A stretch of DNA of 64,000 nt from Candidatus Multivoradales bacterium (GTDB lineage: Bacteria > Acidobacteriota > Thermoanaerobaculia > Multivoradales > J023), in the NCBI GenBank assembly GCA_965248925.1, contig CBDFLE010000005.1:128001-192000 (forward strand). The letters are read 5' to 3'. The translations under genes and the position numbers were made by a program. This document shows positions 36,541 to 47,077 of the stretch, one piece after another. Below the pieces are notes generated by a model that was not told the DNA's origin, did not search any database, and saw nothing but the letters and a program-made list of their open reading frames with translations. Every line of letters begins with the position of its first letter. Position 1 is the first letter of the stretch.

Positions 36541-37308
36541 TCAAGAGGTTTGGATGGCTTTGACGACCCGATCTACCAGGCCGGTCGCCGAGGGTGCCGC
36601 AGCTTGGTAGCAGTGGCTAACACCCAAAGAGCGAAGCTCACCGCTAGTCACCGGGCCGATCGATGCTGCTTTCAAGCTTCGCACCCTGGCTTGCCAGGAT
36701 GAACCAAAAAGCTGGCGGAAATGGCGTGCGATGCGCGGGCTGGTGAAGGTCACCCATCCCAGGTTGCCGGCGCCAAAAATTTGCTCCGCTTGCTGCTGCG
36801 CCGCAGCTGGTACTCGTTTGTCGTAAGCGGTCACGGTTTCTACCATAGCGCCGCCGCTGGTCAGTGCCGCGGCTAGATCGGGCCGAGCGTCAGCCGCTTG
36901 CGGGATGAGCACCCGCTGGCCACTGACTCGCGGCCCGAGCAGCTTGGCCAAGCCTGCGGCCGAGGCGATGCGGGGGATCAGGGCGGCGGGGTGGCCACGC
37001 TCAGCGAGGGCCGCGGCGGTCGCCGGACCGACGGCGGCTAGCGGCGGCAGCTGAGTGGCTGCTGAGTGGTTGAAGAATGCTACCACCGCGTTGCTGGAGG
37101 TGAAAGCGATCCAGCTGAACTCACCCGTCCGGGCGGCGGCAGCCCGTAACCGCGCCGGATCTTCAGGTTCAACAACTACCAATAGGGGCAAGCAGACCAC
37201 CTCGGCGCCCGCATCTCGAAATGCGCGCCGCATGGGCTCTGCTTGTCTCGCCGCGCGGGTGAGAACTACTCTTTGTCCGCTCAGCGGTAGAAGACTGCCA
37301 GGACTCAT
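36541..37308 (-). CDS. hemD: Uroporphyrinogen-III synthase
   Basis: VVLTRA, FTSSNAV, AVGPATA, FTSP, SIGPVTS; downstream of hemC. Confidence 0.9.
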   Translation of the reverse strand: MSPGSLLPLSGQRVVLTRAARQAEPMRRAFRDAGAEVVCLPLLVVVEPEDPARLRAAAARTGEFSWIAFTSSNAVVAFFNHSAATQLPPLAAVGPATAAALAERGHPAALIPRIASAAGLAKLLGPRVSGQRVLIPQAADARPDLAAALTSGGAMVETVTAYDKRVPAAAQQQAEQIFGAGNLGWVTFTSPRIARHFRQLFGSSWQARVRSLKAASIGPVTSGELRSLGVSHCYQAAAPSATGLVDRVVKAIQTS

Positions 37309-37336
37309 TTGTTCGCTCCAAGGAGCCCATGGGCCG

Positions 37337-38275
37337 CTACAGAGCCGCCAGCACTCGATCGGCGCCGTCGGCGCGCATTGCATCTACGCAAGCACGGGCC
37401 AAGTCCTCGCCAGCGGTGCCACGAACCTCACCCACTGCTGCTCGCTTGCCGTCGGCGGTGCTCAGCAAGCCGCGCAAGCGGGTTTGGCCATCCTCGGTGG
37501 GTTCAGCAAAGGCCGCCAGCGGTAGCGTACAGTCACCGCCGAAGGCCCGTACCAGATATCTTTCCAGGTCAGCCTCCAGGCGGGTTTCGGCATGGTCTAG
37601 AGCGCGGCAGAAAGGCGTGGCGCGGCCCTTCCGCAGAACTTGTAGTGCCAAGATGCCCTGCCCTGGCGCCGGCAACATTTGCTCGGTCGGCAAAGGGTAG
37701 GCGGGCAGGTCGCAGAGGTTCAGGCGGGCCAGTCCAGCGGCGGCCAGGATGACTCCGGCGGCGCCACTTTCGCGCCATTTTCTCAGCCGGGTATCGACGT
37801 TGCCGCGGATCGATTCGACTTTGAAATCAATGCGGTGGCGGAGGATCTGCGCGCCACGGCGTAGGGAACCGGTGAGCAGGGTCGAGCCCATGGGTAGGTC
37901 GCCCAAGTGACTGCCGACGGCTGAAACCAGTGAATCCCGTGGATCGACCCGGCGCGGATAAGCAGCGATGCTCAGGCCATCGGCAACGGTGACCGGTAGA
38001 TCTTTGAGACTGTGGACCGCCAGGTCGATCGATCCATCGAGCAAGCCTGCTTCCAGCTCTTCGGTGAACAGGCCTTTGCCGCCAATTTTGGCCAGGTCGC
38101 CGGGGGTGGTGTCGCCGCGGGTGGTGATCGGCACCAGTTCTACCTGCAGGCCGCGATGGGCGCGGCGCAGGGCCTCGGCCACCTGGCCACTCTGCGCCAG
38201 GGCTAGCTGGCTGGCGCGGGTACCCAGGCGTAGAGGCGAGGTCGGCAAGGTGGTTGCATCGCTGGCCGGGCTCAT
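37337..38275 (-). CDS. hemC: Hydroxymethylbilane synthase
   Basis: LGTRASQLALAQ, GKGLFTEELE, AVHSLKDLP, RGNVDTRL, PAPGQG. Confidence 0.96.
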   Translation of the reverse strand: MSPASDATTLPTSPLRLGTRASQLALAQSGQVAEALRRAHRGLQVELVPITTRGDTTPGDLAKIGGKGLFTEELEAGLLDGSIDLAVHSLKDLPVTVADGLSIAAYPRRVDPRDSLVSAVGSHLGDLPMGSTLLTGSLRRGAQILRHRIDFKVESIRGNVDTRLRKWRESGAAGVILAAAGLARLNLCDLPAYPLPTEQMLPAPGQGILALQVLRKGRATPFCRALDHAETRLEADLERYLVRAFGGDCTLPLAAFAEPTEDGQTRLRGLLSTADGKRAAVGEVRGTAGEDLARACVDAMRADGADRVLAAL

Positions 38276-39597
38276 TTCTTGCGGCTCTCACTCTTTTCAT
38301 CGTCGAGTTGGAAGAGGTGGCGGGCGAGGCTCAAGGTCGAGGTATCGTCCGCTTCGAGTTTTCGCATCCGCTGGCTTGGGTGGTGCAGCAGTTTACGCAC
38401 CAAGGCGCGGGTCAGCCGGTCGAGTTCCTCATGGGTGTGCTCGGGAAAACGCTCCCGGGCGGTCTCGATTTCGCCGCGGCGCAGCAATTCGGCACGGCGG
38501 AAAAGACTGGCCACAAGGGGCTCGGCGTCGAGTCCGCGAATCCAGCCTTCGAGTAAGCGCAGCTCGTGGTCAAGGATCTCCTGCACTCGCGGAATCTCGG
38601 CTCGCCGGCGCACCAAATTCTGTGAGATCAGCCGTTCTAGGGAATCGATATCTTGGAGAAAGGCGTTCTCCAGTTCGCCAGCGCCAGGGTCGATGTTGCG
38701 CGGTACGCCGAGATCCACCAGCAGCAGGGGTCGGCGTCGGCCAGTACCGAGAGCCGACTCCAAGTCGCCGCGGGTCAGTACCGGTTCGTTGGCGCCGGTG
38801 GAGGCCACCACGACATCGGCTTGGGCTGCCGCGGCGACTCGCTGGTCCCAGGCGACGGTGTGGGCGCTGCCGAGGCGTTGGGCGAAGCTAGTGGCGCGTT
38901 CGGCGGTGCGGTTGGCGATGCTCAGTTGGCTAGCCCCTTGCTCGGACAGGGCCCGGGCCACTTGCATCGAGATTTCACCCACTCCGAGCAACAGTACGCG
39001 GCAGCTGCCGAGGTCGCGAAAGATGCTGCGCGCCAGGTCGACCACGGCGTAGCCGAAGGATACCGAGCCGCTGGTAATTGCGGTTTCGGCCCGCGCCCGA
39101 CCGCCGCAGCTGATCGCCACCCGCAGCAGGCGTTGGATCAGCGGCCCGGCGGCCTGGTTGCCAGTGGCCCGTTCAGCGGCCTTCTTAACCTGGCCCAAGA
39201 TCTCTGGTTCGCCGAGCACCATCGACTGTAGGCCACTAGCGACCTCGAGCAGGTGCCGGGCGACCTCGCCGCCGTGTTTGACGTAGAAGCGCCCCTCGCG
39301 CTCGATCTCTGGCGCCCGCTCGAGGAAAGCGATTTCGAGGCCATTGCGGTAGGCCTGCTCTTCTCGGTGCGGCCGCAAGTAGAGCTCGGTGCGATTGCAG
39401 GTCGACAGCAGGCAAGCTTCAGCGATCGCCTCGTCGGCCAGCAGTCGGCTGAGTAGCTGGTCACCTTCCTCGTCGCCGTAGGTCACTTTCTCGCGCAGAG
39501 CCAAGGGTGCCGAGCGATGGTCGATGCCGATCAGCAGCAGCTGCGGCTCTCGCCGGCGGCGGTCGCCGAGGTCGAGATTTAAGTGGCTGGGATTCAC
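38272..39597 (-). CDS. hemA: Glutamyl-tRNA reductase (start uncertain)
   Basis: LSTCNRTELY, SGLQSMVLGEPEILGQ, DLGVPRNID, KLLHHP. Confidence 0.95.
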   Translation of the reverse strand: MNPSHLNLDLGDRRRREPQLLLIGIDHRSAPLALREKVTYGDEEGDQLLSRLLADEAIAEACLLSTCNRTELYLRPHREEQAYRNGLEIAFLERAPEIEREGRFYVKHGGEVARHLLEVASGLQSMVLGEPEILGQVKKAAERATGNQAAGPLIQRLLRVAISCGGRARAETAITSGSVSFGYAVVDLARSIFRDLGSCRVLLLGVGEISMQVARALSEQGASQLSIANRTAERATSFAQRLGSAHTVAWDQRVAAAAQADVVVASTGANEPVLTRGDLESALGTGRRRPLLLVDLGVPRNIDPGAGELENAFLQDIDSLERLISQNLVRRRAEIPRVQEILDHELRLLEGWIRGLDAEPLVASLFRRAELLRRGEIETARERFPEHTHEELDRLTRALVRKLLHHPSQRMRKLEADDTSTLSLARHLFQLDDEKSESRKK

Positions 39598-40412
39598 GGC
39601 AGGTGGCTGGATTGAAGATTGATCGCGAAGATCGAGCATATTATCGCTGCCAGCCCGACAAGGCTGGCAAAAGCTGTTTGTCGGCCACCCCAGCCGCGCA
39701 CCTGCCGTAAGGTCAGCGCCAGTCCGTAGAAACCCCAGGTGGCGAGCGAAAAGAGGATCTTGCTGTCGGTCAGCCAGGGTTGCTGGTAGACCTGCACCGC
39801 CCAAACCACGCCTGAGATCACCACCCCGGTCAGCGACAAGAAGCCCACCAGCAGAGCGCCAGCCATCATTCTCTCGAGCACTTCGAGGGGAGGTAGCTTG
39901 CCGAAGAAGTTGGAGAATCGGCTGCGCTTGATCTCAGCGTAGAGGCGGAGAAAGAGGAAACCATAGCCGGCGCCGACGACGAAGGCGGCATAGCCGATCA
40001 ATCCCATGGCTACATGAATGGCAAACAGGGGGTGGGAGAGAATCGCTCGTTGTGGCGAAAGATCTGCGGTCAAGAACGAACTCAGCAGTTGCAGGATGAA
40101 GGCCAGAGTCAGCATCCAGAAGCCGGTGGCTTGTTCGCGGCTGGTCCACTCAACCAAGGCATAGACCACCGCCACCGCGAAAGCCAGGGCGCCGAGCATC
40201 TGCGAGATCGTAGCGGCCGGGAACTGCCCCGACTCTAGAGTCAGCATCACCAAGTGAACCAAGTGCAGGCCAAGGACGGTGGTAAACAGGCCACGCGCCC
40301 AGGTCTGCGCCCGGACGCTGCCGGCGAAGAACCAGAAGCCATAGCCCGCCGTAGCCCCTAAATAGAGGAGCGGCAGCAGTACAGTGGTGATTTTCAGGGC
40401 TATATTCATCAA
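39594..40412 (-). CDS. Cytochrome c assembly family protein (CcsA/HemX-like)
   Basis: Multiple TM helices, LPPLEVLE, GVVWA...W..DSK; upstream of hemA. Confidence 0.8.
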   Translation of the reverse strand: MMNIALKITTVLLPLLYLGATAGYGFWFFAGSVRAQTWARGLFTTVLGLHLVHLVMLTLESGQFPAATISQMLGALAFAVAVVYALVEWTSREQATGFWMLTLAFILQLLSSFLTADLSPQRAILSHPLFAIHVAMGLIGYAAFVVGAGYGFLFLRLYAEIKRSRFSNFFGKLPPLEVLERMMAGALLVGFLSLTGVVISGVVWAVQVYQQPWLTDSKILFSLATWGFYGLALTLRQVRGWGGRQTAFASLVGLAAIICSIFAINLQSSHLP

Positions 40413-40579
40413 AGCACACCGGAGCCGATCGGGGGCTGGAGTCTAGCAGGCTAGGAGTCCGGGCAACCCTCCCCGGGCTGGGCAGTAGGCTTGGCGGTTC
40501 GCGCCTGGAGCTGAACAGATAGAATCCGCTTCGAACTCCACATTCTCTGCTTAGATCTTGAAGTGAGCCATCCAGAGTC

Positions 40580-43500
40580 ATGAGTCAAATCGATCCCTAT
40601 CAGCCGAAGCACATCGTGCGCATCATCACCGCCACTTCGCTCTACGATGGCCACGACGCATCGATCAACATCATGCGCCGTATTTTGCAAGCCTCGGGAG
40701 CGGAGGTCATTCATCTGGGGCATAACCGCAGCGTGGCGGAAATCGTCAATGCCGCGGTCCAGGAAGACGTCCAGGGGGTGGCGGTTACCAGCTACCAGGG
40801 TGGCCACATGGAGTTCTTCACCTATTTGCGCGAGATGCTCGACCAGCGCGGTGCTGGCCTGGTGAAGATCTTTGGCGGTGGCGGTGGCACCATCGTGCCG
40901 CGGGAGATCGAGCAGTTGCACGCCGCCGGCATCGACCGAATCTTCTCTCCCGACGACGGCAGGGCGCTCGGTCTTCAAGGGATGATCGACATCGTCCTGA
41001 GGGGTTGTGATTTCGACCTCACCGAGTTGCCGGTCGACAGCGGCCACCCTGACCAGCAGCTGGCCCGTCGGATCTCCCGCGCCGAGGCCGGCTTGACCAC
41101 CGAGCGGCCGACCGCCAGCGCCTCGTGGCGGGCGCCGGTGGTGGGCATCACCGGCACTGGCGGAGCTGGCAAGTCGAGCCTCACCGACGAATTAGTGCGG
41201 CGCTTTTTGGCCGATTTTGACCACCAGCGGGTGGCGGTGCTGTGTGCCGATCCGACCCGTCGTCGCACCGGTGGCGCCTTGCTCGGCGATCGGATTCGCT
41301 TCAATACGTTGAAGAACGAGCGGCTGTTCATGCGCTCCCTCGCCACCCGCGGCGCCAAGGGCGAGCTTGCCGAGTCGATTGGCCGGGTGGTGGAGGAGGT
41401 GTGCGGCGAATTCGATCTGGTGATCGTCGAGACCGCCGGTATCGGCCAGGGCGACAGCTCGATCACCGACATCGCCGACCTCACTCTCTACGTCATGACC
41501 AGCGAGTACGGCGCCCCGAGTCAGCTCGAGAAAATCGAGATGTTGGACTATGCCGATCTGGTGGCGATCAATAAATACACCCGCCGCGGTTCTGAGGACG
41601 CCCTGCGCGATGTGCGCAAGCAGGTGCAGCGCAACCGTCAGCTGTGGGATACCCCCCCTGAGCAGCTGCCGGTGTTTGGCACCAGCGCGGCGCACTTCAA
41701 CGATGCCGGGGTCAACGCCCTTTATGCCGAGCTCGTTCAGCTGCTCGCTAGTCGCCTAGAGCTTGACTGGCAGAGCAAATTCGCAGCAACCGACCAGCGG
41801 GTGACGGACACCGTCGCATCGGTAATCCCCGCCGGTCGCGAACGCTACCTCAGCGAAGTGGCGGCGAGCTGTCGCGACTATCGGCGTCGGGCCGAGCAGC
41901 AAGCCGCAGTGGCCCGCCGGGTGGAAGCACTGCGCCTGGCCCTTGAGGAACTAGGAGAGAAGCCCCTCGACAGCTGGCACGAGCTGGGTCGAGAGACCGG
42001 TACCTACGGTCCTGCCGCCACTGCGATGTTCAAATGCCACGATGGTCTGCTCGCTGAACTAGATAGCCGTAGCCGAGAAATCCTCGGCGGCTGGCATAGT
42101 TGGCGTCAACGCTACGATGGTGACACCTTCTCCTACCCGGTTCGGGGCCGGCAGATTGAAGTGACTAATACTCGCCAAACTCTGTCCGGCAGCCTGGTGC
42201 GCAAAGTGGCTCTGCCGCGCTTCGAGGCCGCTGCCGAGCGCCTGCGCTGGCGGCTGTTGGAGAATGTGCCGGGGGAGTATCCCTACACCGCTGGAGTGTT
42301 TCCGTTCAAACGTCAGGCCGAGGATCCGACGCGGATGTTCGCTGGCGAAGGAGATGCGGCGCGCACCAATCGCCGATTTCATCTCCTTGCCGACCCGCAG
42401 CCGGCAAAGCGCTTGTCGACCGCCTTTGATTCCCTGACCTTGTATGGCGAGGATCCCGGCCGCCGGCCCGATGTTTACGGCAAGATTGGCGAGAGCGGCG
42501 TCTCGGTTTGGAGCGCCGAGGAAGCGGAGCAGCTCTATGCCGGCTTCGACCTCTGTGATCCCAAAACCTCGGTGTCGATGACCATCAACGGCCCGGCGCC
42601 GACGATCCTGGCCTTCTTTCTCAACACCGCCATCCGCCAGCAATGCCGCCGCTTCTTGCGCCAGGCTGGTCGCTTGGAGATTAGCGAGGCTGAAGAGCTA
42701 CAGCCCGACTCTTTCCGGGGCTCGAGTTGGCTCGAGGTGCGAGCCTTGCTCACCGAAGAGGAGTACGAGACGGTTGCCTGCGCCGCCCAACAGGAAGTTC
42801 GCGGCACGGTGCAGGCCGACATTCTCAAGGAGGACCAGGGCCAGAACACTTGCATCTTCTCGACCGAGTTCGCCTTGCGGATGATGGGCGACGTGCAGCA
42901 GTACTTCATCGACCAGGGGGTGCGCAATTTCTACAGCGTGTCGATTTCTGGCTACCACATCGCCGAGGCTGGGGCCAATCCCATCCACCAGCTGGCCTTC
43001 ACTCTGGCCAATGGCCTGACTTACATCGAGTACTACCTGTCGCGGGGCATGGCGATCGACGATTTTGCCGCCAATTTGAGCTTTTTCTTCAGTAACGGCA
43101 TGGACGCCGAATACTCGGTCATCGGTCGGGTGGCGCGGCGCATCTGGGCGGTGACCTTGCGCCAGCGCTATGGCGCCAACGACCGCAGCCAGAAGCTGAA
43201 GTACCATATCCAGACCAGTGGCCGCTCACTGCACGCGCAAGAGATCCAGTTCAACGACATCCGCACCACTCTGCAAGCGCTGCTGGCCACCTATGACAAC
43301 GCCCAGAGTCTGCATACCAACGCCTATGACGAAGCCATCACCACCCCGACGGAGGAGTCGGTGCGGCGAGCGATGGCGATTCAGCTGATTATCAACCGCG
43401 AGTTCGGCCTCACTTTCTGTGAGAACGCCACCCAGGGCAGTTTCATCATCGAGCAGCTCACCGATCTGGTGGAGGAGGCGGTGTTGGCCGAGTTCGACCG

Positions 43501-43906
43501 CTTGACCGAGCGCGGCGGGGTGCTCGGGGCGATGGAGTTGCAGTATCAGCGCGGTACTATCCAAGAGGATTCGCTGCATTACGAGCACCTCAAACACAGC
43601 GGCGAGCTGCCGCTGATCGGTGTCAACACCTTCCTACCCGACAATCGGGAAGCAGCCGAGACGCCGCGTGAGATCGACTTGACCCGGGCGACGCCGGAAG
43701 AGAAGCAAGGCGCGGTCTCGCGTTTGGCCGACTTCCATAAGCGCCACCAGGATACGGCCGAACACGCCCTGGCCGAGTTGCGGCGGGCAGCGCTCGACGG
43801 CGGCAATATCTTCGCCGCGCTGATGCGGACCGTGGAGAGTTGCTCGCTGGGCCAGATCACCGCCGCGCTGTATCAAGTCGGCGGTGAGTACCGGCGCAAT
43901 CTGTAG
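40580..43906 (+). CDS. icmF: Fused isobutyryl-CoA mutase/GTPase IcmF
   Basis: DGHDASINIMRR B12-binding domain; GTGGAGKSS; EDPTRMFAGEG; RGTVQADILKE. Confidence 0.95.
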   Translation: MSQIDPYQPKHIVRIITATSLYDGHDASINIMRRILQASGAEVIHLGHNRSVAEIVNAAVQEDVQGVAVTSYQGGHMEFFTYLREMLDQRGAGLVKIFGGGGGTIVPREIEQLHAAGIDRIFSPDDGRALGLQGMIDIVLRGCDFDLTELPVDSGHPDQQLARRISRAEAGLTTERPTASASWRAPVVGITGTGGAGKSSLTDELVRRFLADFDHQRVAVLCADPTRRRTGGALLGDRIRFNTLKNERLFMRSLATRGAKGELAESIGRVVEEVCGEFDLVIVETAGIGQGDSSITDIADLTLYVMTSEYGAPSQLEKIEMLDYADLVAINKYTRRGSEDALRDVRKQVQRNRQLWDTPPEQLPVFGTSAAHFNDAGVNALYAELVQLLASRLELDWQSKFAATDQRVTDTVASVIPAGRERYLSEVAASCRDYRRRAEQQAAVARRVEALRLALEELGEKPLDSWHELGRETGTYGPAATAMFKCHDGLLAELDSRSREILGGWHSWRQRYDGDTFSYPVRGRQIEVTNTRQTLSGSLVRKVALPRFEAAAERLRWRLLENVPGEYPYTAGVFPFKRQAEDPTRMFAGEGDAARTNRRFHLLADPQPAKRLSTAFDSLTLYGEDPGRRPDVYGKIGESGVSVWSAEEAEQLYAGFDLCDPKTSVSMTINGPAPTILAFFLNTAIRQQCRRFLRQAGRLEISEAEELQPDSFRGSSWLEVRALLTEEEYETVACAAQQEVRGTVQADILKEDQGQNTCIFSTEFALRMMGDVQQYFIDQGVRNFYSVSISGYHIAEAGANPIHQLAFTLANGLTYIEYYLSRGMAIDDFAANLSFFFSNGMDAEYSVIGRVARRIWAVTLRQRYGANDRSQKLKYHIQTSGRSLHAQEIQFNDIRTTLQALLATYDNAQSLHTNAYDEAITTPTEESVRRAMAIQLIINREFGLTFCENATQGSFIIEQLTDLVEEAVLAEFDRLTERGGVLGAMELQYQRGTIQEDSLHYEHLKHSGELPLIGVNTFLPDNREAAETPREIDLTRATPEEKQGAVSRLADFHKRHQDTAEHALAELRRAALDGGNIFAALMRTVESCSLGQITAALYQVGGEYRRNL

Positions 43907-44035
43907 ATCTCAATTCCGGGTGCGCTAGAACGCATGCGGCCATGTTAGCGTCCGCTTTGAGCATTGCCTTGAGCATTGTCACGCCACTACCCACTTGACT
44001 CTAGAGAATCGATCACTTCCGAAGGAGGACACCGT

Positions 44036-44479
44036 ATGTCAACCCTACGTCATTGGGCGCTGCTAGCCCTGCTGAGCCTACTCCTGACTTCCGCTGCCAC
44101 CGCCGCCACGATCAACAAGGACTTTCCCTTCGAGGTCGACAAATGGTACGACCTCGATGTGGTCGACGGTGAGGTCACCATCCACCGCGTGCGGATCGAG
44201 GTGCAGAGTGGCAACGTCAAGTCGCGGATTTTCCGCCCGTCCAATAGCGAGTTCTCGACCACCGTCCAGATCCAGGTCGCTTACACCAACGACAGATCAC
44301 GGGAGGTCGAAGCCGATATCGACATTGTTTGGCTCGACAAGGCTGGCAAGGAGATCGATGGTTACCGTGACGAGGAAGATATGGATGAGGACGAATCCGA
44401 CAAGATGACCATGACCTTCTCGACCTCGAAATACGGCCTGGAAGTTGCCCAGACGCTGCGAGTTCGGATCGACTTCTGA
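44036..44479 (+). CDS. Secreted hypothetical protein
   Basis: AAGGAGG RBS, signal peptide, typical codon usage. Confidence 0.7.
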   Translation: MSTLRHWALLALLSLLLTSAATAATINKDFPFEVDKWYDLDVVDGEVTIHRVRIEVQSGNVKSRIFRPSNSEFSTTVQIQVAYTNDRSREVEADIDIVWLDKAGKEIDGYRDEEDMDEDESDKMTMTFSTSKYGLEVAQTLRVRIDF

Positions 44480-44554
44480 GCGCCCCGCATAGCGGCACAC
44501 CGCCTCTATTGAGACCCGCAGTCTAACGGTAAGATCGAGCGCTGACACCGCACG

Positions 44555-44800
44555 ATGCGCTTTCCCAACGACGACTGGCAGCAGGTTTTCGCAGCCACAC
44601 CGAGCTTGTTGGCAGAGCAGTTGAGAATGGTCGCTCGTGGAGAGGTGGCTCAGCTGTTGATCCAAGGCGGGCTGCACGAACCAAGGTTGGGTCGGCAGCC
44701 CTCGGTGGTGGCCAGCATCAGGCTCGGCGATCCTCTAGGTGGCAGCACGCCAGTTTTTTTCTGGAATGCCACGCCGTCGGTGCCGCGGGCTGCTCCCTGA
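44555..44800 (+). CDS. Small hypothetical protein
   Basis: 81-aa ORF filling an intergenic gap; no motif recognised. Confidence 0.35.
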   Translation: MRFPNDDWQQVFAATPSLLAEQLRMVARGEVAQLLIQGGLHEPRLGRQPSVVASIRLGDPLGGSTPVFFWNATPSVPRAAP

Positions 44801-44824
44801 GCGGATCGCGGCGGCCTCCAGGAA

Positions 44825-45697
44825 TCAGCCGCCGAAGGTGTCGCAGACCCGCGGGTCGCCGTTCTCCAGGCCGCGGCGGAACCAGCTGATACGGTGCTCG
44901 GCGGAGCCGTGGGTGAAGGCGTCGGGGTGGATCGAACGCCCCGACATGCGGGCGATGCGGTCGTCGCCGATCGAACCAGCGGCGCGCAGGCCCTCGTCCA
45001 AGTCGCCACGCTCGAGCTTGCCCCGTTGGGCCGCCGAATGGCCCCAGACGCCGGCGTAACAATCAGCTTGCAGCTCCATTGCCACTTGGATTTGATTGGC
45101 TTCGCGCTTGCTTGCTCGCTGCTTGGCGCGGCGTACTTGATCGCTGATCCCGAGCAAAGTCTGGACATGGTGGCCGATCTCGTGGGCCAAGACGTAGGCC
45201 TGGGCGAAATCACCAGGAGCACGGAAACGATCGCTGAGTTCGCGATAGAACACCAGATCGATGTAGACCTTGCGGTCGGCCGGGCAGTAGAACGGGCCGC
45301 TGGCGGCCTGGGCGTAGCCGCAGCCGGAGCGATCGAAGTCGCGAAACAGCACCAAGGTGGTTTCTTCGTAGCGTTGGCCTAGCTGCGGTAGCAACTGCTG
45401 CCATACCGCTTGGATATCGTCGAGCTGATAGCCGATGAACTCGACCATTGCCTGCTCCGGATCGTCCGCCAAGGATCCGGGCTGCTGGTATTGCTGCGGC
45501 GCCGGACTCGTCGGACTCTGCCCCCCATCCATGCCACCAACCAGCTGGAAGAAATCCTGGCCAAAGACCAAGCTCAGCACGCCGAGCAGCAGGATGGTGC
45601 CGCAGCCCATCTGCGACCCTCGGCCCATTGGAATCCGGCCTTGTTTGTGCCGCCTATCTTCGATATTCCTGCTCTTATGTCCCCGTGTCCAACGCAC
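44825..45697 (-). CDS. Neutral zinc metallopeptidase (YpfJ-like)
   Basis: SRNIEDRR, GPFYCPAD, YVLAHEIGHHVQ, ELQADCYAG, FTHGS. Confidence 0.9.
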   Translation of the reverse strand: MRWTRGHKSRNIEDRRHKQGRIPMGRGSQMGCGTILLLGVLSLVFGQDFFQLVGGMDGGQSPTSPAPQQYQQPGSLADDPEQAMVEFIGYQLDDIQAVWQQLLPQLGQRYEETTLVLFRDFDRSGCGYAQAASGPFYCPADRKVYIDLVFYRELSDRFRAPGDFAQAYVLAHEIGHHVQTLLGISDQVRRAKQRASKREANQIQVAMELQADCYAGVWGHSAAQRGKLERGDLDEGLRAAGSIGDDRIARMSGRSIHPDAFTHGSAEHRISWFRRGLENGDPRVCDTFGG

Positions 45698-46012
45698 CAC
45701 AACACTCCTACCTTCGCCGTTATCTCTTCGTCCGGCTGTGGGACTTTCCCGCGCCGTACCCGCCACCGAACGCTGCTAGCGCAGCGGAATCTCGCTCTCG
45801 GTAGCCCGCGTGGCGAGAAAACTATCACGCAGGACCCCGCGAACGGCCCGAGTTGCCTTTTTCTCCGATAGAATTGCGAGTCGGTGGAGAGCCCGCAGGG
45901 GCTTTGACTCTACTGAGGCGCGGTGCTAGCGTGCCGAATCCCGCGCAGCCCTCCCGCCTTGGCGAGAGGCTTGCCGCACCAGCACACCCGAATGAAATGG
46001 GAGATGGAGTCG

Positions 46013-47077
46013 ATGGCCAAGACGATCCTACTCGCGGACGACAGCATTACCATCCAGAAAGTGGTCGAACTCACCTTCATGGACGAGGACTACCAGATCA
46101 TGGCGGTCAGCGATGGTACTGCCGCGCTGGCCAAGCTGGACGAAAATATTCCAGATCTGGTGATCGCCGATGTCCACATGCCTGGGGCTGATGGCTACGA
46201 GGTGTGTCGTACTGTCAAGCAGCGCGCACCCGAGGTGCCGGTGGTCTTGCTAGTCGGGACGTTCGAACCTTTCGATGCCGACCAGGCGGCCAGCGCTAAC
46301 GCCGATGGACATCTGAAGAAGCCCTTCGACTCTCAAGACTTGCTGCAGTTAGTCGAGCAGCTGATCGGTAGTGAGGCGACGGCGGAGGAGCAGGCTGCCG
46401 AGGAGCCAGCTGTTGCGGAATCGGAGCTTCCCTCACCGACGTTTGGCGCGGTGGATGCGGCGCCAAGCGTGGGCACCGAGGACGAGACTCTGATTGGCAG
46501 CGCGACCGACTTCGCGCTGGCCGATGGCCTGGGTACGCCGCGGATTCATGCGTTGATGGACGACGCGCCCTCGATTCCGGTCGTCGAGGTGGAAGCGGCA
46601 GCTGCCAGCGAAGCCACGACGGTTGCCGGCGGTACTTGGGACGGCTCTCAGTCGGTGACTGAGGAAGCTGAGGAAGCGATCGAAGATACTAACGAAGCGG
46701 TGCTGGACGCCGCCGACAGCGTGGTAAGCGCAGCCGATGACCTTGACCTCGAACTAGCCGGCGCCACCGGTTTAACCGCCAGTGCCGAGGACCAGGTTAC
46801 TGAGCTGGTGGCTTCGGCTCCGGAGGCCGACACTCGTCCGACATTGGCCCGCTCCATGGACACCTCCGAAGACACTTCGGAGGTCGCCGAAGAGTCCGCT
46901 GCCAGCGACAATGGGCACTTGACATTGTCCGACAGTGATCTCGAGCGAGTTGCCAAGAGGGTGGTCGAGCTGATCAGCGACAAGGTCTTGCACGACGTGG
47001 CCTGGGAAGTTGTTCCAGATCTTGCCGAACTGGCGATCAAGGAGCGCATTCGCGACTTGGAGAGTCAGGTCGAGTAG
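46013..47077 (+). CDS. Response regulator with acidic linker and RomR-like C-terminal domain
   Basis: ILLADDSITIQKVV, ADVHMP, KPF; C-terminal VAWEVVPDLAELAIKERI. Confidence 0.8.
   Translation: MAKTILLADDSITIQKVVELTFMDEDYQIMAVSDGTAALAKLDENIPDLVIADVHMPGADGYEVCRTVKQRAPEVPVVLLVGTFEPFDADQAASANADGHLKKPFDSQDLLQLVEQLIGSEATAEEQAAEEPAVAESELPSPTFGAVDAAPSVGTEDETLIGSATDFALADGLGTPRIHALMDDAPSIPVVEVEAAAASEATTVAGGTWDGSQSVTEEAEEAIEDTNEAVLDAADSVVSAADDLDLELAGATGLTASAEDQVTELVASAPEADTRPTLARSMDTSEDTSEVAEESAASDNGHLTLSDSDLERVAKRVVELISDKVLHDVAWEVVPDLAELAIKERIRDLESQVE

Noticed and set aside
40413-40579. Cobalamin riboswitch upstream of icmF
   Set aside because: No recognisable B12-box or conserved core in this short divergent intergenic region
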